NCBI GenBank assembly: GCA_963933635.1
Contig: CAWVVM010000006.1
Coordinates: 9,481-73,480, forward strand
Length of the DNA stretch: 64,000 nucleotides
Source: an uncultured Flavobacteriales bacterium
GTDB taxonomy: Bacteria > Bacteroidota > Bacteroidia > Flavobacteriales_D > Sanyastnellaceae
Reading direction: 5' to 3'
The first letter of the stretch is position 1. The number at the start of each line of letters is the position of its first letter. Positions 17,233-27,201 of the stretch are shown one piece after another. The notes below the pieces were generated by a model, which worked only from the letters and a program-made list of their open reading frames with translations, searched no databases and had not been told where the DNA came from. Position numbers and translations under genes: made by a program.

Positions 17233-19869
17233 TCAAGGCTTGGACTTGGTCCCTGTGAGGGTCGACTTGATGTCGTGAAGTTTCATCAACGCTTGCATTG
17301 GCGTCAAGTGGTCGATGTCGACCTCCAGGATTTGGTCACGAATGGATTCGAGGGCAGGATCGTCGAGCTGGAAAAAGCTCATTTGCAGGCCCGCTTCCTC
17401 GGGAGCAATGTGGCGAGTGGCAGGAGCTTGGCTTTGGGGCTCCGAGGACGCTTGGGAGGCTTCGCCCCGCGCTGATTCCAGCACCTTGAGCACTTCCTCT
17501 GCGCGACGGATCAAAGGGCGCGGCATGCCGGCCAATTGGGCCACATGGATGCCAAAACTGTGGTTGGAACCTCCCGGCGCCAATTTGCGCAGGAACACGA
17601 TTTTCCCTTTCAGTTCCTTGACGCTGACATTGACGTTGACGATCCTGGGAAAGCGATCGCTCATGTCGTTCAATTCATGGTAGTGCGTGGCAAACAGGGT
17701 CAGTGGTCTTAGGTCCTGGGCCTGGTGCAGGTGTTCGGCGATGGCCCACGCAATGCTCACCCCGTCGTAGGTGCTCGTCCCCCTTCCGATTTCATCGAGC
17801 AACACCAAACTCCGTGCCGTCAAATTGTTGAGGATGGCCGCTGTTTCATTCATCTCCACCATGAATGTGGATTCCCCGCTGCTGATGTTGTCAGAAGCAC
17901 CGACCCGTGTGAAAATCCGGTCCAGAATGCCCAAGTCAGCATGCTTGGCAGGAACGAAGGACCCTGCCTGTGCCATCAAGGAGATCAGGGCCGTTTGCCG
18001 AAGCAACGCACTCTTTCCGGACATGTTGGGGCCGGTCACCATCAAAATTTGCCGGGTCTCGGGGTCGAGTTGCACGTCGTTGGCGACGTAGGTTTCTCCC
18101 ACTGGAAGTTGACGTTCAATGACCGGATGCCGGCCTTCTGAAATGTTCAACCCAAGTTCAGCATGCATCCTGGGCCTGGTGTAGCCGAGGTCCCCCGCCG
18201 TTTCAGCATGGGACGCCAGCATGTCCATGGTGCCCATGGCCCTTGCATTCGCCATGAGGGGCTTCAATTCAGCGACACATGCCGCCACGAGGGCAGCAAA
18301 GGCCAAGGCTTCTAGGCTTTGGGCCTGCTCTTTGGCCGTCAAGATTTGGGTCTCGAGCTCCTTCAACTCTTCCGTGATGTAGCGCTCGGCTTGCGTCAGG
18401 GTTTGCTTGCGAATCCACTCAGAAGGAACTTTGTCCTTGTGCGCATTCCTCACCTCGATGTAGTACCCAAAAACGTTGTTGAAGGCAATCTTCAGCCCGG
18501 AAATCCCTGTGGCTTGGGCTTCACGGTCCCTGATGGCATCGAGGGCTTCTTGACTGTGAAAGGCCAAGCGTCGCACTTCGTCCAGGGCCGCATCGACCCC
18601 TTCTGCAATGACCTCGCCCTTGCCGATGGCCACCGCGGGCTCCGCCACAAGGTCGCGCTCGAGCCGTGCCAGAAGCGTGCCGCAAGGATGCAGGTCTTCG
18701 AGGTAGGGAAGCAAGGCCGCTTCTCCTGCCGTGGCATCGGCCACCGCCTGCACGGCGTGAAGTCCTCGGCGCACATGACCCATCTCGCGGGGATGAATGC
18801 GTCCTGAACTGGCCTTGGTGGTGAGTCGTTCGAGGTCGCCCACGGTTTTCAGGATGGTGCGCAGCTCATGGCGCAAGGCCACCTCCTCGGCGAGTCGGTC
18901 CACTGCCGCGTGCCGCCCTTCGATCGCCGCCATGTCGGTCAATGGTGAGACCAGCGCGCGTCTCAATGCCCGCCCGCCCATTGGGGTGCACGTGCGGTCG
19001 AGTACTTCCACGAGCGACGTGCCATCGGGGTGGTTGGGGTGCAGGATTTCGAGGTTGCGGACCGTGAATTTGTCAAGCCACATGCCTTCTTGGGGCCTAA
19101 GCCTTCGGATGCCCTGAATGTGGGTGGTCTCTCGGTGGTGGGTGAAGTCCAAGTAATGGAGGATCGCCCCTGCTGCAATGGTCGCCAAGGGAGCATCTTC
19201 CAATCCAAACCCCTTCAGCGTCCCTGTGCCAAATTGCTTGGCGATCCATTCTTCTGCATAGGCTTGGGTGAACACCCAATCTTCAAGGGTGGTGCGCGGA
19301 ACGTCGTCGCCAAACAACGCACGCACATCGCCTTCGTGCCGACGGTCGAGGAGCCACTCCTTGGGTTCCAAACTCCGGAGGATTCGGTCGATCCACCGAG
19401 CGTCTCCCTCGGCAGCTTGGAATTCGCCGGTGCTCAAATCGAGCAGCGCGAGTCCCACACCCTTGGGGGTCCAATGCAGGGAAGCTACGAAGTGGTTGAC
19501 CTTGCTTTCAAGCACGTGGTCGTGGGTCACCAGACCCGGGGTCACCAGCTCGGTCACGCCCCTTTTGACCAAACCCTTGGCTTGCTTGGGGTCTTCAAGT
19601 TGGTCGCAGACCGCCACCTTGAGCCCTGATTTGACCAGCTTGGGAAGGTAGGTGTCGAGGCTGTGGTGAGGGAATCCGGCCAATTCGATTTCAGAGGCAC
19701 TGCCGTTGCCCCGCTTGGTGAGCACGATGTCCAGCACTTTTGTTGCCGCAATGGCATCGGAGCCAAAGGTCTCGTAGAAGTCCCCTACACGAAAGAGCAA
19801 GACGGTGTCCGGATGCTTGGCTTTGATCCGGTTGTATTGCTTCATCAATGGGGTTTCCTTGCCCGCCAC
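17233..19869 (-). CDS. mutS: DNA mismatch repair protein MutS
   Basis: N-terminal TPLMKQYNRIKAKHPDTVLLFRVGDFYETF. Walker A GPNMSGKS. Also DEIGRGTSTYDG and the HTH-like FATHYHEL. The first codon is GTG. Confidence 0.95.
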   Translation of the reverse strand: MAGKETPLMKQYNRIKAKHPDTVLLFRVGDFYETFGSDAIAATKVLDIVLTKRGNGSASEIELAGFPHHSLDTYLPKLVKSGLKVAVCDQLEDPKQAKGLVKRGVTELVTPGLVTHDHVLESKVNHFVASLHWTPKGVGLALLDLSTGEFQAAEGDARWIDRILRSLEPKEWLLDRRHEGDVRALFGDDVPRTTLEDWVFTQAYAEEWIAKQFGTGTLKGFGLEDAPLATIAAGAILHYLDFTHHRETTHIQGIRRLRPQEGMWLDKFTVRNLEILHPNHPDGTSLVEVLDRTCTPMGGRALRRALVSPLTDMAAIEGRHAAVDRLAEEVALRHELRTILKTVGDLERLTTKASSGRIHPREMGHVRRGLHAVQAVADATAGEAALLPYLEDLHPCGTLLARLERDLVAEPAVAIGKGEVIAEGVDAALDEVRRLAFHSQEALDAIRDREAQATGISGLKIAFNNVFGYYIEVRNAHKDKVPSEWIRKQTLTQAERYITEELKELETQILTAKEQAQSLEALAFAALVAACVAELKPLMANARAMGTMDMLASHAETAGDLGYTRPRMHAELGLNISEGRHPVIERQLPVGETYVANDVQLDPETRQILMVTGPNMSGKSALLRQTALISLMAQAGSFVPAKHADLGILDRIFTRVGASDNISSGESTFMVEMNETAAILNNLTARSLVLLDEIGRGTSTYDGVSIAWAIAEHLHQAQDLRPLTLFATHYHELNDMSDRFPRIVNVNVSVKELKGKIVFLRKLAPGGSNHSFGIHVAQLAGMPRPLIRRAEEVLKVLESARGEASQASSEPQSQAPATRHIAPEEAGLQMSFFQLDDPALESIRDQILEVDIDHLTPMQALMKLHDIKSTLTGTKSKP

Positions 19870-19974
19870 GGTGCCGATGTTTTTGGGTTCAAAGGTGACG
19901 CGTAAGGAGTCACCTCGGCCTCCTAAAGTAGCATGGTCTTGGGCGGGTCGCCGTGCATTTGCGCATCCCTTTAT

Positions 19975-20436
19975 TCACAAGGGGTCCACACCTTTGGCCT
20001 CTTCAAAAGCCACTGCGGGACCTTGCACCACTTGCCTTCCTTCCTCTTGCCATCCGGTGATGCCACCTTTCAGGTTGTAGACCTCTTGGTGGCCCATGGC
20101 GTGAAGCTCGTTTGCCGTCAAACCACTTCTGCCGCCTCCTGCGCAATAGACCAACACCGGACGGCCCTTCGGGATGCGCTGCATGCAACCATCAAAGCCG
20201 TCGTCGCCCCAATAGTCCTTGTGAGAGGCACCTTTCAGGTGTCCCTCAGCCCATTCTTCCGGGGAGCGAACATCCAAAAGCAAGGGGGCGTCAAGGGACT
20301 GGATCAATGCCTCAAATTCCGCGACGGTGACATCTTTCAAAACCGCTGCATCCGCAGAGGCTCTTTCCTGGTCTGGCGCACCGCATTGAACAAGGGTCAA
20401 CATCATTATCCAGCCCCAGAGCATGCGGATCGTCAT
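19975..20436 (-). CDS. rhodanese-domain lipoprotein (sulfurtransferase-like)
   Basis: Lipobox LTLVQC. Rhodanese core [19 protein letters not shown] and the active-site loop [12 protein letters not shown] overlap with the clpX stop at 20433-20436. Confidence 0.85.
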   Translation of the reverse strand: MTIRMLWGWIMMLTLVQCGAPDQERASADAAVLKDVTVAEFEALIQSLDAPLLLDVRSPEEWAEGHLKGASHKDYWGDDGFDGCMQRIPKGRPVLVYCAGGGRSGLTANELHAMGHQEVYNLKGGITGWQEEGRQVVQGPAVAFEEAKGVDPL

Positions 20437-21725
20437 GATGCCTTGGCCTTCGGATTGTTCTTGGGTTTGTTCTTGGGTCTTGCTTTTGGTGCCGGGGCCG
20501 CTTCCTCGGCGTGGGCCGCGTATTGGGCGTCAATTTGGCCTTGGGCATAAGCGGCCGTCACCTCCAATTTCTTGGTCTGGGATCCGGGCAGGTCAAACAT
20601 GGCATTGCGAAGGATGACTTCGCATATGCCGCGCAGGCCCCTTGCGCCCAGTTTGCGCTCCATGGCGTGCTCCACCACCAAGTCAAGGGCGTCTGCCTTG
20701 AAGGACAGGGCAATGTCATCCATGGCGAAAAGTTTGATGTACTGGCGTATCAAGGCATTTTTGGGTTCGGTGAGGATGCGACGCAATGCGCCCCTCTTCA
20801 AAGGCCGCAAGGCGGTCAATACAGGAAAACGTCCAATAAGCTCGGGGATGAGGCCAAAGTCTTTCAAATCTGATGGGTCCACATAGGCCAATGCCTCGCT
20901 TTCTTCGACCACCTGACCTGCTGTGGCGTAGCCAATGGTGCTTTTGCGCAGCCTCCGCGCCACAATCTTTTCCATGCCTGAAAAGGCGCCACCGCAGATG
21001 AACAGGATGTTCGCTGTGTTCACAGTGATGAGCTTCTGTTCAGGGTGTTTCCGCCCGCCTTGAGGTGGCACCTGAACATCGGTACCTTCAAGCAACTTCA
21101 GGAGAGCTTGTTGCACGCCCTCCCCGCTGACATCGCGTGTGATGGAGGGGTTGTCGCTTTTCCGTGCGATTTTGTCAATTTCATCGATGAAGACGATGCC
21201 GCGTTCGGCCGCTTCGACGTCAAAGTCCGCGGACTGCAAGAGCCTGGAAAGGACGCTTTCCACGTCTTCTCCGACGTAGCCGGCCTCCGTGAGCACCGTC
21301 GCATCGGCGATGCAAAACGGGACGTCCAGCATCCGGGCGATGGTCTTGGCCAGGAGGGTCTTTCCAGTCCCAGTTTCTCCAACCAAAATGACGTTGCTCT
21401 TGTCGAGTTCCACGTCACTTGCGTCCTCTTTTGGTACATGTGTCAACCTCTTGTAATGGTTGTACACAGCGACACTTAATGTCCGCTTTGCCGCCTCTTG
21501 ACCGATGACAAAATCATCGAGGTAGGTCTTGATCTCCGCAGGTCGGCGCAACGTGAAGTCCAAGGCTGTGGTGTCTCCCCCTTTGGCAGAGGATTCTTCC
21601 ATGACAATGGCCTCCGCTTGCTCGACGCAACGGTTGCAAATGTGTCCGGTAGCTCCGGCAATCAGGATGTCTACTTCGTCCTTTCGTCGGCCGCAAAAGG
21701 AGCATAGAATGTCTTGTTCGGACAT
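20433..21725 (-). CDS. clpX: ATP-dependent Clp protease ATP-binding subunit ClpX
   Basis: Zinc-binding N-terminus CSFCGR...CNRC. Walker A GETGTGKT. Also [10 protein letters not shown] and an FICGGAF-type sensor region. Confidence 0.95.
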   Translation of the reverse strand: MSEQDILCSFCGRRKDEVDILIAGATGHICNRCVEQAEAIVMEESSAKGGDTTALDFTLRRPAEIKTYLDDFVIGQEAAKRTLSVAVYNHYKRLTHVPKEDASDVELDKSNVILVGETGTGKTLLAKTIARMLDVPFCIADATVLTEAGYVGEDVESVLSRLLQSADFDVEAAERGIVFIDEIDKIARKSDNPSITRDVSGEGVQQALLKLLEGTDVQVPPQGGRKHPEQKLITVNTANILFICGGAFSGMEKIVARRLRKSTIGYATAGQVVEESEALAYVDPSDLKDFGLIPELIGRFPVLTALRPLKRGALRRILTEPKNALIRQYIKLFAMDDIALSFKADALDLVVEHAMERKLGARGLRGICEVILRNAMFDLPGSQTKKLEVTAAYAQGQIDAQYAAHAEEAAPAPKARPKNKPKNNPKAKAS

Positions 21726-21765
21726 GGAATGTCGTTCAAATGTGAGCCCCCGAAATTACTTAGAA

Positions 21766-22458
21766 TCAGGTCGTGCGGACCAAAACTTCGTCAATCATTC
21801 CGTATTCCTTCGCCTCGTCGGCAATCATCCAATAGTCGCGGTCGCTGTCCCCCCATACTTTGTCGTACGTCTGGCCGCTGTGGGTTGCGATGATGTCGTA
21901 GAGCTCTTTCTTGAGCTTTTGGATCTCACGCGCAGTGATTTCAATGTCGGATGCTTGGCCACGTGCGCCGCCAAGGGGTTGGTGGATCATGACCCGGCTG
22001 TGCTTCAATCCCGTGCGCTTGCCTGCGGCTCCGCCACAAAGAAGCACTGCACCCATCGAGGCAGCCATTCCTGTGCAGATGGTCGCCACGTCGGGACGGA
22101 TGTACTGCATGGTGTCGTAAATGCCCAACCCAGCGTACACGCTTCCTCCTGGCGAGTTGATGTAAATCTGGATGTCCTTGCCGGGGTCGGTGGATTCCAA
22201 AAAGAGCAACTGCGCTTGGATGATGTTGGCGATGTAATCGTCCACGCCTGTGCCCAAGAAGATGATCCGGTCGGCCATCAAACGCGAGAATACATCCACC
22301 TCGCGAAAGGGCATCGGACGTTCTTCAATCACAGTTCGGGTCATGCTGTCCGGTCCGGCAATGGGCCCATGCGTCTTGGAGATGTAATCCTCAACGGTGT
22401 GGCTGCTCATGCCGCGATCGTGGACGGCGTACTTCAGGAATTCTTTGCGGTTGTTCAT
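21766..22458 (-). CDS. clpP: ATP-dependent Clp protease proteolytic subunit ClpP
   Basis: Motifs [14 protein letters not shown], catalytic Ser in [11 protein letters not shown] and His in [11 protein letters not shown] at 22458 (MNNRKEF...) chosen. Confidence 0.95.
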   Translation of the reverse strand: MNNRKEFLKYAVHDRGMSSHTVEDYISKTHGPIAGPDSMTRTVIEERPMPFREVDVFSRLMADRIIFLGTGVDDYIANIIQAQLLFLESTDPGKDIQIYINSPGGSVYAGLGIYDTMQYIRPDVATICTGMAASMGAVLLCGGAAGKRTGLKHSRVMIHQPLGGARGQASDIEITAREIQKLKKELYDIIATHSGQTYDKVWGDSDRDYWMIADEAKEYGMIDEVLVRTT

Positions 22459-22545
22459 GGTGCTGTTCTGTGGGGCCAAATTACGTCCCACGCACCCGAT
22501 CGTCGTCCCTCGAAAACGAGGTTGTTCACAACCGTTGGGGTAGAA

Positions 22546-23901
22546 TCAACGGACTTCAGCGGCCAGCTTTCCAAACTCGTCAAAGCTCACCAGCTTCTCG
22601 GAGATTGAGACCCTCGTCTTCAAGTCGTCGACCACCTTGCGCTCGACCAAAACATCGGCAATTCGCCGGCGCTCCTTCTCATCGGTGAGGACGTTTTTGG
22701 CGACGTTTCCAAGGGTTTCCTCATCCATAGGCATTCCATACTGGGCATATTGCGCACCCACCATGCGTTTGGCCTCTCCCTCGAGGTCGTCAGAAGACAC
22801 CTGCAAATCGATTTTCTCTGCCACGGTCTGCTGAAGAATTTGCCACCGCAAAGACTCGGCATAGCTGGGGTACTCTTCCTCCACTTGCTCGGGCGTGAGC
22901 GGCTTCTCGTTCGTCAACATGATCCAACGCTTGAGGAAGACGTCTGGGAGCTCGACCTTCATTTTCTCAATCAATTCCACTACAAAACGGCGTCTGAACA
23001 CCCATTCTGCATCGCGGTCAAAGTGCCCATCGAGGTCTTCGGCCACCTTCTCGCGGAACGCCTTTTCATCGGTAACGACGCCTTCACCATACACCTTGTC
23101 AAAAAGCGAGGCGTTGACTTCGTGTGGCTCTAGGCGCTTCACTTCTTTGACGGTGAACCGGAAGGTCCCTTTGAGGTCCTGCGCTTGTTCGTTTGTGATG
23201 CCCAACATCCGCTCGAGGTCGTCATGTCCACGGCTCACCTTGTGGGGATCAACGTCCACGGCAGAACCGGGCTGCAAGCCCAGCAAAGCCTTGACGGTCT
23301 TCTTGTCTTTGACGAACTCGAGGCTGATGGTGCTGTCGCTGGTGATGCCGTCTTCCAGAACTTCTCCAGAGGGGTTCAACTGCACGAAGTTCCCCAGGAG
23401 CATGTCATTGGATTCGCTCTTGTCGGGGTCGGACATTTTGCCGTGTCGACGCTGCAAATCGGTCACCTGCTTCTGGATTGCTTCCTTATCGACTTTGATT
23501 TTGTGGCGGATGAACTTGGCGCGGCGTCCAAACTCGAGACTCAATTCAGGGGCCAATCCCAGCTCGTAGTGGAAGGTGAAGGTTCCAGGGTTGTTCCAGT
23601 CACCGTCGTCCTCTTTGTTCTCGCTTGGAATGGGGTTGCCCAGCACGTTGAGCTTGTTTTCCTGAATGTGCTTTTGAAGGAGTTCGCTCAACATTTGGTT
23701 GAGTTCCTCTGCCAAGACGGATTGACCGTATTGACGACGCACGAGATTCATGGGCACCTTGCCTTTCCTGAAGCCAGGCATGGTGGTTTGCTTTTGGTGT
23801 CGCTTCAAGGCCCGGTTCACGCGAGGCGTGTAGTCTTCTTGGGCGAGGGTGATGGCCAACTCAACACGGAGGTTGTCCAGGGAGGTTTGGGCGATGTTCA
23901 T
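22546..23901 (-). CDS. tig: trigger factor
   Basis: Ribosome-binding signature PGFRKGKVP near the N-terminus. Has an FKBP-like middle domain and a helical C-terminus. ATG at 23901, 35 nt downstream of the tRNA-Leu 3' end. Confidence 0.9.
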   Translation of the reverse strand: MNIAQTSLDNLRVELAITLAQEDYTPRVNRALKRHQKQTTMPGFRKGKVPMNLVRRQYGQSVLAEELNQMLSELLQKHIQENKLNVLGNPIPSENKEDDGDWNNPGTFTFHYELGLAPELSLEFGRRAKFIRHKIKVDKEAIQKQVTDLQRRHGKMSDPDKSESNDMLLGNFVQLNPSGEVLEDGITSDSTISLEFVKDKKTVKALLGLQPGSAVDVDPHKVSRGHDDLERMLGITNEQAQDLKGTFRFTVKEVKRLEPHEVNASLFDKVYGEGVVTDEKAFREKVAEDLDGHFDRDAEWVFRRRFVVELIEKMKVELPDVFLKRWIMLTNEKPLTPEQVEEEYPSYAESLRWQILQQTVAEKIDLQVSSDDLEGEAKRMVGAQYAQYGMPMDEETLGNVAKNVLTDEKERRRIADVLVERKVVDDLKTRVSISEKLVSFDEFGKLAAEVR

Positions 23902-23936
23902 TGCGAAATCAGGTTGCCGGTTTTTCCTCGAAGAAG

Positions 23937-24016
<80 letters not shown>

Positions 24017-24031
24017 TTCCTTCGAGGGCCG

Positions 24032-24061
24032 CAAAGATACAAGGATTTTCTCGGAGGTCAA
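24032..24061 (-). promoter_or_regulatory. candidate Bacteroidota-type promoter for tRNA-Leu (and possibly tig)
   Basis: On the minus strand: TTG (24061-24059), 19 nt spacer, TATCTTTG (24039-24032). This is an exact match to the published -33 TTG / -7 TAnnTTTG consensus. It ends 15 nt upstream of the tRNA 5' end. Confidence 0.5.
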
Positions 24062-24123
24062 CCCCCAATGCCCATCCATCGATTTGTGGGTTAGGAAGCC
24101 CCTATCCGTTGGTCTTTCGCGGC

Positions 24124-25041
24124 ATGTTTTCGAGGTCAAACACAAGTACCGGACAATGGACAAAGCTGGGGGGAGCCATGCTCTTGGCCCTATTTCATGT
24201 AGGAATGCTTGCCCAGAACGAGCGAGAGGTGGGTGGTGAAGTGACGGGTGGTTTTCCGGTATCGGGGACCCCGTGGAGCCAACTCCGTGCTTCCACTTGG
24301 GGAGAGGGAGCATCTGGCCGACCATGGGTGGAATGGCAACTTGGTGTGGCTTGGGAGGGTTGGGCGGCGTGGCAAGTCATGGATTTGCATGGAGGCTTGG
24401 CAGGAAGAGTTGGTGCAGCCGGGCGTTGGGAAGGCCAGGGCGAACTGACCCGGGAGGTGTGGCCAGATCTCCGGGAAAGGCGTTGGGCCGGTCATCTGGC
24501 GTGCCGTTGGACCGAAGAGGGAGCGCGTGGTCAATGGTCGTTGACGCTTTCCATGGGCTCTGTTCCTTTGGGTGGAGGTCGAGTTTCCCAAGATGGGGTG
24601 CTCCGGGCCACCTCTCCCTACAGTTGGAAGATGTCTTGGTCCCCGCCTGATGAAGGGGCCTTGGTGGGGATGCCCGCGTTCGCGTGGTCCCGGGGAGGAG
24701 AGTGGAGCGTTCGATGGAGCCCCGTTCGCTTTTGGCAAAAGGAACTCAGGTTGTGGCGTCAGGGACCTAGTGAACTGTGGATTCAAATCGCAGGCCCGCA
24801 ATGGGCAATGCAAATGGCGTGGTGGGTGAAACTACCCAGCCCAAAAAGGCTGTCGTGGGCCCACAGAACTTCTGCCAAAACAAGGGGGCATTCGACGGAA
24901 TCAGCACCAAGAAGGCGCTGGCACCGTTTGGGATGTGGAATGGGTCGTGGCCTTGCTGCTGGCTCTTGGCAGTGGGGATGGCGATGGGGAAGCACAACGG
25001 ATTCCGACCGAGCCGCGTCCACGCATTCCGTCCCACAATGA
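24124..25041 (+). CDS. hypothetical secreted Trp-rich protein A
   Basis: ATG at 24124 gives the signal peptide MFSRSNTSTGQWTKLGGAMLLALFHVGMLAQ. About 30 Trp in 305 aa by hand count. The other five frames are broken or Pro-rich. The stop overlaps the start of the next gene (ATGA). No family recognised. Confidence 0.45.
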   Translation: MFSRSNTSTGQWTKLGGAMLLALFHVGMLAQNEREVGGEVTGGFPVSGTPWSQLRASTWGEGASGRPWVEWQLGVAWEGWAAWQVMDLHGGLAGRVGAAGRWEGQGELTREVWPDLRERRWAGHLACRWTEEGARGQWSLTLSMGSVPLGGGRVSQDGVLRATSPYSWKMSWSPPDEGALVGMPAFAWSRGGEWSVRWSPVRFWQKELRLWRQGPSELWIQIAGPQWAMQMAWWVKLPSPKRLSWAHRTSAKTRGHSTESAPRRRWHRLGCGMGRGLAAGSWQWGWRWGSTTDSDRAASTHSVPQ

Positions 25042-26561
25042 ATCGGCATGATGTGGTGATGGTTCTAGGGACCCTTTGGCTGCTCACCCTTTCCACCCCC
25101 AATTGGGCCCAAAGCGAAGGCTGGGCACATGAGCTGACGGAGCTCTTTTCGGCAAACCCTGAGCTGGTTTGGGGCCTGCAAAGGGCATCGGAAATGGGTG
25201 AATGCACCAGTCGATGTGCTGCACTTGTGCTGGCGCATGTTCGTCGTCAAGGCCCACCTTGGTCTGTGGAGGAGGCCCATTTGGTGGAAGGACTGACGGC
25301 CGCGGAGCAGAGGTGGCTGACACAGGCTCCCTGGTGGCGCGCAGCAGCAAGGGACAGGGTCCACCGGGCTTCACAGCCCATAGCATCCTGTCGGTCCACT
25401 TTGTCCACCACCCTTGCACGCACAGCACACGACGTTTGGACGGTGATGCCTGCCTGGCGGGTCGCGTCTCCGCATGTATTGGGGCAGGTGGTTCGCACCT
25501 CAAATTGGCAGGCCAGCGGGGCAGCCCATGGCGGCAGAGGGGGGTGGCATTGGGTGTTGGGAGACCATCGTTTGGGATGGGGCCAGGGTTTGACCATCCC
25601 CCGAAACGATCCATTTGGCCAACCATGGTTTTTAGGAGCCTCCGAGGTGATGTTGCATGCTGCGCCATGGCCGTTGCGTACACTTCAGGGAACAGGCACG
25701 TTTCGTGGCGCAGCATTGGAGTTGGAGGGGAGCCGCTTCCATGCGGGTTGTTCCAAGGGGCGCGGCTACACCTCGTTGATGTTGGGTTTCGCCAAGACGA
25801 GTGACCACCGTTGGGGGGCTTCTATGCACCACACCCCAGAGGTCTTGAAATATGGACTGGACGGCTCTGGTACGCTTGGATCCTGGAGCCATCAATGGGC
25901 GGTGGCCGCGGCCAGAAGCTCAGGTCAAACTTCTTGGAGTCGCCGCGCCTCCTTGCGTCGCGCTTGGGGCCATGGTGCCGTCGCGCAATTCGCCCATGAA
26001 GCGTTTGGGTCCTCGGGCTTCATGGCCCAGGAAAGAGAAACCAAGTGCCATTGGTCTTCCTCTCATGGCCCCCATGGCCTGCGCCTTCAATGGCGGTTGT
26101 CCCTTCAAAACGGAGGCACCCCCGCAATCAGGACCCGGGTGGTGCCATCCAAGGCATCGCCTTGGACATGGGACCTCCGCCTTGACGAGGGCATCTCGAC
26201 ATTCACCGGGACATGGCACGATGGGCATTGGCGTTTGTCCTGGATGGTCGCGCCTTGGCAGGGGGCCCGTGGACAAGGTCGAGCTGTGACTTGGCAATCT
26301 GGTTGGCAGCAAGGTCAATGGCGCGTGGGAGCGATGGCGATGGATGGTGAAGGAGCACCCGTCACAGGTTACGTGTCCATCGCGTGGCTTGAATCACGAC
26401 GCTGGGTCCGATTGCCAGAGGATGGCGCCAGGCTGAGCCTCTGGTTTGAACAAAAGACAACCAGATTGGGACGCAAAGGGAGTTGGTCGGGTCATTTGTT
26501 TTGGTCACCTTCTCAACAGGAGACCTTTCGTTGTGGACTTCGCTGGTCATGGGAAGCGTGA
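25038..26561 (+). CDS. hypothetical secreted Trp-rich protein B (beta-rich, possibly outer-membrane)
   Basis: Signal peptide MNRHDVVMVLGTLWLLTLSTPNWAQ. About 39 Trp in 507 aa by hand count. Alternating W patterns (HWRLSWMV, VTWQSGWQQGQWRVG, GLRWSWEA). Leu/Val codon choice (TTG, GTG) resembles the housekeeping genes. No family recognised. Confidence 0.5.
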   Translation: MNRHDVVMVLGTLWLLTLSTPNWAQSEGWAHELTELFSANPELVWGLQRASEMGECTSRCAALVLAHVRRQGPPWSVEEAHLVEGLTAAEQRWLTQAPWWRAAARDRVHRASQPIASCRSTLSTTLARTAHDVWTVMPAWRVASPHVLGQVVRTSNWQASGAAHGGRGGWHWVLGDHRLGWGQGLTIPRNDPFGQPWFLGASEVMLHAAPWPLRTLQGTGTFRGAALELEGSRFHAGCSKGRGYTSLMLGFAKTSDHRWGASMHHTPEVLKYGLDGSGTLGSWSHQWAVAAARSSGQTSWSRRASLRRAWGHGAVAQFAHEAFGSSGFMAQERETKCHWSSSHGPHGLRLQWRLSLQNGGTPAIRTRVVPSKASPWTWDLRLDEGISTFTGTWHDGHWRLSWMVAPWQGARGQGRAVTWQSGWQQGQWRVGAMAMDGEGAPVTGYVSIAWLESRRWVRLPEDGARLSLWFEQKTTRLGRKGSWSGHLFWSPSQQETFRCGLRWSWEA

Positions 26562-26618
26562 CGTCGTGGACTATCTTGTCCCCGGCAGAACCTGAATCTG
26601 CCCTACAAGAACATCAGC

Positions 26619-27185
26619 ATGGCGAACACCAGTGACATCAAAAACGGCATGGTCCTTAACCACAACAACGGATTGTGGCAAATCGTGGAATTTCTCCATG
26701 TGAAACCTGGAAAAGGAGCGGCGTTTGTCCGAACCAAACTCAAGAACATCGAGACGGGAAAGGTGGTGGACAACACCTTCAATGCAGGCCACAAAATCGA
26801 CCCTGTTCGGATTGAGACCCGCGAGCACACCTTCTTGTACAACGACGACGAAGGGTATCACTTCATGAACACGGAGTCCTATGAGCAAATCCGTTTGGAG
26901 AAGCACCTCATTGGGGCGCCGCAGTTTTTGAAGGACGGGTTGAATTGTTTGGTGGTTTTTCACGCAGACGAGGAGCGCCCCATCAACTGCGACCTGCCCA
27001 GCCATGTGGAATTGGAAATCACCTACACGGAGCCTGGGGTCAAAGGGGACACAGCGACCAACTCCTTGAAGCCTGCCACGGTGGACACAGGGGCAGAGGT
27101 GCGTGTTCCTTTGTTCATCAACCAAGGCGATTGGATCAAAGTAGACACGAGAACAGGTGAGTATTCTGAGCGAATCAAAAAGTAA
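26619..27185 (+). CDS. efp: elongation factor P
   Basis: MANTSDIKNG...HVKPGKGAAFVRTKLKN...KVDTRTGEY.ER, the canonical EF-P pattern over 188 aa. Confidence 0.95.
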   Translation: MANTSDIKNGMVLNHNNGLWQIVEFLHVKPGKGAAFVRTKLKNIETGKVVDNTFNAGHKIDPVRIETREHTFLYNDDEGYHFMNTESYEQIRLEKHLIGAPQFLKDGLNCLVVFHADEERPINCDLPSHVELEITYTEPGVKGDTATNSLKPATVDTGAEVRVPLFINQGDWIKVDTRTGEYSERIKK

Positions 27186-27201
27186 GTCTGTTCCTCACGC
27201 C

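Noticed and set aside
17058-17258. 66-aa plus-strand ORF, and 30-60-codon minus-strand ORFs, in the AT-rich spacer upstream of the 16981 gene
   Set aside because: The 66-aa ORF has a TTG first codon, overlaps the mutS stop region and has no signal or family features. The minus-strand ORFs have no convincing start. The spacer is more likely promoter/leader DNA for the 16514-16981 gene.
22508-22552. Small hairpins around the tig stop codon as a terminator
   Set aside because: The stems are only 4-6 bp, one overlaps the stop codon, and none is followed by a T-tract on the minus strand.
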